A DNA stretch of 32,000 nt, taken from contig JAIZWK010000001.1 in the NCBI GenBank assembly GCA_021498095.1, positions 180,001 to 212,000 of the forward strand. Reading direction: 5' to 3'. Both the position numbers and the translations under genes were made by a program. The notes beneath the pieces were generated by a model. It saw nothing but the letters and a program-made list of their open reading frames with translations, was not told the origin of the DNA and searched no databases. Source of the stretch: Candidatus Harpocratesius repetitus. GTDB taxonomy: Archaea > Asgardarchaeota > Lokiarchaeia > Sigyniarchaeales > Promethearchaeaceae. Shown here piece after piece: positions 26,397 through 32,000 of this stretch (within the stretch, counting starts at the first letter, position 1; each line of letters begins with the position of its first letter).

Positions 26397-27398
26397 TCAG
26401 GTTTGCGTGTGACCTAAATTGAAATAATATGTCAAATAAAGAATGTGTATCCCACCAAAGATGAAAACTGGGACTAAAATAGACCAAAATCCTTGAATAA
26501 CAGCAATTACCAAATCGAGTAGATGCATTACTCCAACTACAATCCATATTATACAATATTTTCTAAATTCAAGTGTTTTTTCTCTTTTCTGCAAGGTTAT
26601 TTGATATATTACAATACTTATCACACTCGTTGCAATTATTGATAGCATGATAATCTCGGCCGTTCTATTCCCAAATACAGTTGAGAATGGATAAGCATAT
26701 AATAGAAATAAGCTCAAAGGAGATACCAATAAAAGATCACTTAAAATAACTGCAAAAAATATGTAAAGTAAACCGACTGAGATTTTTTCTCCTTTTTTCT
26801 CGTAGTATCTTCTTCCAATTTGAATCAAGACAGCATAGTAAAACATTAAAACGAACCATCCTGCAAAATTGAAATAAGGAATGCCGTAAAACATATTTTG
26901 ATAATGTATGGATGGATCCCAAATCCATCTACCTTGAAGTGAATTATCGAAAACATATGTATCGGAGACAGCTACCGGATCTAAGGTAAAATCTTGCAGC
27001 ATTCCAAAGAAACTGATAATAAATGGACGAATCCATTTTTTAAATCGCAGAGATTCAGCAAATAAAGCCGAACAATAGAAAATCGCAGCTTCAAATAGTG
27101 GAATTGAAAGAGGAACAACTCCAACCATCATCAATCTATGTGATGAATAATTGTATGTAGTGCTCGCAACTCCGAGATTTTCAAAAATCACAGCATATAA
27201 AACAAATCCACAAATCTCCATTAATCGAATGAATCTTGTGTTCCCATCATATCTTTTAATAATATCGTAAATAACAGTTATAATTAAGATGAAAGCAAAT
27301 ATTTCATACACTAACCAAGAAATTGGGGTTCTTAGCAATTCTAATACAGTAGGATCAAGAGTAATGTTTAAAATCATTTTAATCAACAGAGTTGACAA
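26397..27398 (-). CDS. DUF422/CruF-like (carotenoid biosynthesis family) multi-pass membrane protein
   Basis: FENLGV...Y.Y...GVVPLSIP, QDFTLDPVAV...W.W...YGIPYFNFAGWF. Confidence 0.7.
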   Translation of the reverse strand: MSTLLIKMILNITLDPTVLELLRTPISWLVYEIFAFILIITVIYDIIKRYDGNTRFIRLMEICGFVLYAVIFENLGVASTTYNYSSHRLMMVGVVPLSIPLFEAAIFYCSALFAESLRFKKWIRPFIISFFGMLQDFTLDPVAVSDTYVFDNSLQGRWIWDPSIHYQNMFYGIPYFNFAGWFVLMFYYAVLIQIGRRYYEKKGEKISVGLLYIFFAVILSDLLLVSPLSLFLLYAYPFSTVFGNRTAEIIMLSIIATSVISIVIYQITLQKREKTLEFRKYCIIWIVVGVMHLLDLVIAVIQGFWSILVPVFIFGGIHILYLTYYFNLGHTQT

Positions 27399-27525
27399 TA
27401 TATTGAGATATATTATTCTATATATAGAATATACGAGGATGATTTTATAAATTTTTCCAGTGTTTTGTGCTTAATTACGGTACCTAGAATATTTATATTG
27501 TTCAAGTATCTATCCTTAAATAAGC

Positions 27526-28530
27526 ATGAAAATCAGTCGTCTTATTGTGTTAATTTTCGGAATAGCGGTGCCAATTTATATTTTAATTACATTCCTCACA
27601 TTTGATTTCCCATTAGAATGGCTCCCATCTGATTGGGGGTATAACAGCCGAACCATTGATATTATGGTGAATATTGCAGCGCCAATCTTCTACTGTGTCG
27701 CTTGGCTGTACTTTAACTTCCTCTTAGGAGATCGAATTGCTCGATCATTAGAAATTATGGAGGGTACATCATCTTCCATTTCTATGCATTATATTATTTT
27801 CTATGGAATTAACGCCTTAGTGCTTCTATTTGCATTTTTAATACCTATTTTTACTCCAATAATTGGAATTCTTTCTTTTTCTTCCATGGTATTCAAGATG
27901 CTCACTTCAAAAACCAGTTGGGAAGATCTGGATGAAAAAACAAAAAAATTCGTGAAAACTGTATCTATTTTAGCAGGAATACCTATTATATTTGTTTCAA
28001 TTTTTGTAGTTCCTGATTTAATCACGCTTTCAATTTCATATGCCAAAGCTTTTTGGAATGTAGTAGTCAACCCACTCTTTTGGTTAGTTAAAGCTTTCGG
28101 AGCTGCCATACCTATCGGCAATTTCATAAATATATACCGTCGCGGTGTAGCTGAAGTTGAAGGAAAACGCTATGAACGCTCAAATATCGATATTTTCTTT
28201 ATAGAATTAGTAATAACCGGATTTCTCTTCTTTTTAGAGTCGCAACAAGTAGAATTTGTGAATTTCCTTTACTATGCAGGTATGGTTTTCTGGATTTTAA
28301 CATTTTTTATTAATTTAAAGGTAGGTCGTAACCGTGAAGGAAAATTGACCGAAAATCCATTAGGTATAATACTAAACGCAGTATTCTGGGTTGCATGGTT
28401 CATCTTTGGTAAACAAGACCTTGATCCCAGTTTAGGTTGGGTAAAGTTGGCATTAACAATTCTTTCAGCTGTGATTTTCTTCAGTGCATTTATGCTTATT
28501 TTTATCGGTCATCCTGATTTAGATGATTAG
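27526..28530 (+). CDS. Multi-pass membrane protein of unknown function
   Basis: 334-aa ORF with roughly 9-10 hydrophobic segments; no family recognised. Confidence 0.8.
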   Translation: MKISRLIVLIFGIAVPIYILITFLTFDFPLEWLPSDWGYNSRTIDIMVNIAAPIFYCVAWLYFNFLLGDRIARSLEIMEGTSSSISMHYIIFYGINALVLLFAFLIPIFTPIIGILSFSSMVFKMLTSKTSWEDLDEKTKKFVKTVSILAGIPIIFVSIFVVPDLITLSISYAKAFWNVVVNPLFWLVKAFGAAIPIGNFINIYRRGVAEVEGKRYERSNIDIFFIELVITGFLFFLESQQVEFVNFLYYAGMVFWILTFFINLKVGRNREGKLTENPLGIILNAVFWVAWFIFGKQDLDPSLGWVKLALTILSAVIFFSAFMLIFIGHPDLDD

Positions 28531-29200
28531 GTAGCATAGTGATCAAATAAAAATATCAATATGTTTATCAATTAGGATGAATCTTCAAATTTTTTTCCCT
28601 CTTTAATAATAGACAAACAATATTTCACAATAGAGTAATTTGACCAATTTTCTATTTTTGATCTGATGAAAAAAGAATTAAAATTAAGGATATTTTATCT
28701 TTTTTAATTTAAACGTTTTTTTGAATATCAATTATATATATCCGACTTAATTCTGAAATATAGCAATTCTTTTTTTGTCGAACTCGATTTTTTCAAAGAA
28801 TTTGCTAAAAATTTACCATCATGTTTATAAATTCTTCAATCTGATGTCGATTTTATTATAATTTTTGAATTACATATCTTGAATTTATCACCTTGGTAAA
28901 ATCGACAAAAAATAAGGAAGAATATTTAAGATTTGAGCCGGGAGAATTAGGATGAAGGAATGAAAAACTTCGAATCTTTGAAATTTAAAATACCCTCAAT
29001 TATTTTATAATTTTTTTAATCTTTTATAACATCTAGATGACACGCGGATTTAGAATCTTCCCAAAAAATAATTTTAAATAAGGGCGATTCTACTATGTTA
29101 GTGTTAAGAAGTTCAACAAACTGAAACACCCGCGCCAACAGAAAAAACTCTTGAACGTCCGATACAACGCACGTAAAGAGGTGTCTAATTGACGATTGAA

Positions 29201-29344
29201 ATGAAAACAACTACATTATCAGACATATGCCCAAAGTGTGGTTCGAAAATGGTGCTTAGGCGCCGAATAGCCCACAACCGCCCAGTTCAAATTCTCCAAT
29301 GTCGTGTCTGCCGTCATTATGAGGTTATCGATGAAGATAATTAA
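29201..29344 (+). CDS. Small zinc-ribbon protein (47 aa), absent from the ORF track
   Basis: MKTTTLSDICPKCGSKMVLRRRIAHNRPVQILQCRVCRHYEVIDEDN*, with CPKC...CRVC spacing and GC content above its surroundings. Confidence 0.72.
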   Translation: MKTTTLSDICPKCGSKMVLRRRIAHNRPVQILQCRVCRHYEVIDEDN

Positions 29345-29522
29345 GAAGAACGAAAATCAAATTATATTATCAACTTAATTCATTTAATCTGCAATTTTTT
29401 TCTAATTATTGATAAAAAATCCATATATAGATTTGAGAAATAATTAATTTTGTTTTTAGCGAACAAAAAAGAATAAATTTGTAAAAATGTTGAGTGTAGA
29501 TTTGTTCAACTCTTTTTTCTTA

Positions 29523-29930
29523 TTATTTAGAAACGCTTTCTAGCATAGAACAACGCGTAATAAAGTCTTTTGTTGAAATATTATCAAATTCAAAAATTTT
29601 AGTAGTAGATGATTGTCCATGTCTAAGAATAATATTTCTTTTTGGAATATTGAACGATTTTGAAAGTATATCTATTACTGCCTTATTTGCTTTTCCTTTT
29701 AATGGAGGTGTTTTTACTGTAATTTGTAGTTCTGAATTTGAAAGAATAATTTGATCTTGACGTGCGTTGGGTTTTACATGAACTTCAAGAATAACATGGT
29801 TTGAAGCAGATTTAGATTCATTATTGGAATGAAATTTAATAAATTCATAATATTTCTCAATGTTCTTTGCATCTGTAGTGATTTTTTTATTATTATTATT
29901 TAGTTTTTTTTTCTTCATTAATTTAGCCAT
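29523..29930 (-). CDS. DUF167/UPF0235 (YggU-like) protein
   Basis: VHVKPNARQD...VKTPPLKGKANKAVIDILSK...I.L.HGQSSTTKIF. Confidence 0.9.
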   Translation of the reverse strand: MAKLMKKKKLNNNNKKITTDAKNIEKYYEFIKFHSNNESKSASNHVILEVHVKPNARQDQIILSNSELQITVKTPPLKGKANKAVIDILSKSFNIPKRNIILRHGQSSTTKIFEFDNISTKDFITRCSMLESVSK

Positions 29931-29995
29931 CCTTAACGATTCTTATGCTATTCCCAGCCAACTTTGAAAACAATCAATACTAAATCAGCAAATAA

Positions 29996-31282
29996 TTAAT
30001 CTTTTTGAATTTTAATTTTTCTTATGTATTCATTTCCGAATGATTCAGAAGCTCCTACTAATATCTGATAAGTATCAATAATATCCCAAGAATTAGTATA
30101 ATCAGGAACTTTACTTGCTTTTTGAAGAATTCCCTTAACTTCTATAATATCGCCTACTCGGTAAAATCCTATAAATTCATGCTCATAAACCATTAAACGT
30201 TTTACTTGTTTTGCAATTTTTTCTAGATTTGGGGAAGTGTGAAGTACTTTCTTAACTTCTACAGAAAAAAGACCGGGATAATCAAAACCCCATTCATCTG
30301 ATTCAACCTTAAGCTGAATTCTACACATTCCAAGTGATTTAAAGTGCGAAGAAGGAAGAAATAAAGGACATTTTGGCAGATTCTGAAGGCTGGGAGCAAA
30401 TGTAATTGAAATTTTTCTATCTCGATAAAAAAATAGATATGGTTTATATAATATTTGTTCAAAGCATTCTTCCATGGAGAGTCCAGATTTCAAACTTAAT
30501 TTTTGCGCGATTGGAAGGATTTCCATTTTATTATATCTTCTAAGATATGAATGTTCAATTTTTTGAGCATTTTGATCATTTCCATCTAAAGAAGAATATT
30601 CTTGATATGAAAAATCGAGGATCTTTCGACTATTTTCATGACCATAAATCATCAAATCTATATCTGATTCAGAATGATGTCCTTTCCATAATAGAGAACC
30701 TGTCACCCCTATATTAGAAAGCGAAATATTAAAAATATCGCTGATACAGATTGATACTTCAATACATTCCCGTTCTAAAGAATCGAATGTTCGTAATTTT
30801 TCTAATTGTTCCGATAATCTTCCTTCAAACCAATCTGTCAATTCATGTAAACGTTGATTTGGAATCCAATGTATAGTAATATCCTTTTTAGGAACCATAA
30901 TCATATTTCTTTGAAATATGGTTGAAAATGAAGCATATCTATTTTCAGCAATATTATTTTTTGCAGAAATGGATGAATAATTTGGAAGTATACGATAAAA
31001 TTGATCTCCAGTATCCTTTTGAATCCAGATACGAAATTTGTGAGGTGATACTTCTTCAAGTGGATTAATTGGAATAGAAACATTCTGTTGGATTTTTATT
31101 AAATCAAATTCTGATAATCCTTCATTTTTTTTTGATGGATTAGTTAAAAACTCTGATTTTTCCAGACGATGATATTTCTCAAGAGCAAAAACACGATCTG
31201 ACAGATGAATTGAACCAAGAACTTGATAAAGATCCCCATGAACATCTTGAAAATAATCCCGATCTCGAAATATCATCTTCAT
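29996..31282 (-). CDS. Archaeal predicted nucleotidyltransferase (COG1665-like)
   Basis: FRDRDY N-terminus, GVTGSLL....ESDIDLMIYG (Pol-beta superfamily GS-DxD), and an OB-like C-terminus (GDIIEVKG). Confidence 0.85.
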   Translation of the reverse strand: MKMIFRDRDYFQDVHGDLYQVLGSIHLSDRVFALEKYHRLEKSEFLTNPSKKNEGLSEFDLIKIQQNVSIPINPLEEVSPHKFRIWIQKDTGDQFYRILPNYSSISAKNNIAENRYASFSTIFQRNMIMVPKKDITIHWIPNQRLHELTDWFEGRLSEQLEKLRTFDSLERECIEVSICISDIFNISLSNIGVTGSLLWKGHHSESDIDLMIYGHENSRKILDFSYQEYSSLDGNDQNAQKIEHSYLRRYNKMEILPIAQKLSLKSGLSMEECFEQILYKPYLFFYRDRKISITFAPSLQNLPKCPLFLPSSHFKSLGMCRIQLKVESDEWGFDYPGLFSVEVKKVLHTSPNLEKIAKQVKRLMVYEHEFIGFYRVGDIIEVKGILQKASKVPDYTNSWDIIDTYQILVGASESFGNEYIRKIKIQKD

Positions 31283-31607
31283 CGCTGCTATTTATTCTGA
31301 ATATCTATTTGTTATTTTTTAAAAAATGTTTTTATTACTCTTATTGTCATTCTTGCTGATATCACAAAAATCTTGGTATGTTCTTTTTATAATTTAGTTA
31401 TTCATCACCATATTGCTCTATAATAAATAAATAATACTTCATTCCTTCAACTGTGAAGATCATAGTATTTTCGTCCTAATTCATTGAATGATATTTCATA
31501 ATAACTTAAAAAAATATCTTAAAATAAATTCTTAGAGTTATTTTCAGCAAAAAATCTAAGATAATTAGTGTTATTTAATTATAAATAAGATAAAAAAAAG
31601 ATTTTTG

Positions 31608-32000
31608 TTATAAATTAGAAAGATTGATAATTATTTTGTCAATTTCATCATGGAGCTTCTCAAATAAAGTAGACGGCAAGCGCATTCCACCAGCTAACCC
31701 ATGTCCACCACCATTTCCTCCTAATTTTTGAGTGATTTTTCGAATCACATGGACTGCACCCTTATTATCGTGTTGCTTCATGAATTCAGGAGTGCACCGA
31801 ACTGAAAGTTTGTATTCTCCTGTATCAGTCAAACCACCAATAAAAAGCATTTTGGAACTGTCATAGATATGATTTACAGAAGCAAAACTGCCTGTATCAC
31901 TCCATTGATTGATTGGTACTTGATTAGTCAGATCAACAAAAATTGCGTAATTTGTAATAATTTTCGGAATTTGAACAAATGCTGTTAAATTATGAACCAG
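31608..32000 (-). CDS. DHH family phosphoesterase, DHHA1 C-terminal part (5' end outside window)
   Basis: The frame is open to the window end and contains KLSVR...GGNGGGHGLAGG (DHHA1 GGGH motif). Confidence 0.8.
   Translation of the reverse strand: MVHNLTAFVQIPKIITNYAIFVDLTNQVPINQWSDTGSFASVNHIYDSSKMLFIGGLTDTGEYKLSVRCTPEFMKQHDNKGAVHVIRKITQKLGGNGGGHGLAGGMRLPSTLFEKLHDEIDKIIINLSNL

Noticed and set aside
28560-29010. Possible decayed ORF in the long AT-rich intergenic stretch
   Set aside because: Multiple stops in all frames and no motif; indistinguishable from AT-rich noise.
8604-30462. Other overlapping short ORFs (8604..8885, 9842..10087, 12072..12302, 13603..13788, 14271..14516, 15238..15441, 17159..17404, 17649..17885, 21100..21282, 26737..26928, 27801..28127, 29016..29210, 30259..30462)
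   Set aside because: Most overlap better-supported genes in another frame or strand, and none shows a family motif.
1-32000. Canonical CRISPR array
   Set aside because: No 25-40 bp repeat with unique ~35-bp spacers was found. The intergenic repeats are spacerless tandem units, and the 9756-9866 motifs are only 16 bp with 15-16 nt linkers.
1-32000. tRNA or rRNA genes
   Set aside because: No GC-rich cloverleaf, TTC-loop or rRNA-like segment was seen.

Overview
This is an AT-rich archaeal window, most likely from an Asgard archaeon (Lokiarchaeia/Promethearchaeum-like). That call is inferred from two longin-like paralogs, an archaeal SelB-like protein, a COG1665-type nucleotidyltransferase and GGTGA-type Shine-Dalgarno sites. 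The left ~11.6 kb is a CRISPR-Cas/defence region: cas1 (3' part), a 585-aa Cas2 whose ~85-aa core is followed by ~490 aa of repeat-rich low-complexity sequence, cas4, an insertion-laden beta-CASP/MBL nuclease, an AbrB-PIN toxin-antitoxin pair, a frameshifted two-gene unit, cas6, a ~32-bp periodic repeat cluster, an AAA_14/DUF4143 ATPase and a 347-bp second copy of the middle of cas6. I found no CRISPR array and no effector genes (cas3/5/7/8/10). An ISH3-like IS with a broken transposase follows (12401-13835, CAGT inverted ends, TTTAA target duplication). The remainder holds corA, a LolD/FtsX-type ABC operon with two paralogous exported proteins, TM2 and zinc-ribbon proteins, a longin-like gene with an in-frame TGA, a TPR fragment, the SelB-like gene, a second TA pair, a CruF-like membrane protein, DUF167, the nucleotidyltransferase and a DHH-family 3' end. 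All family calls come from motif recognition by eye; no searches were run.
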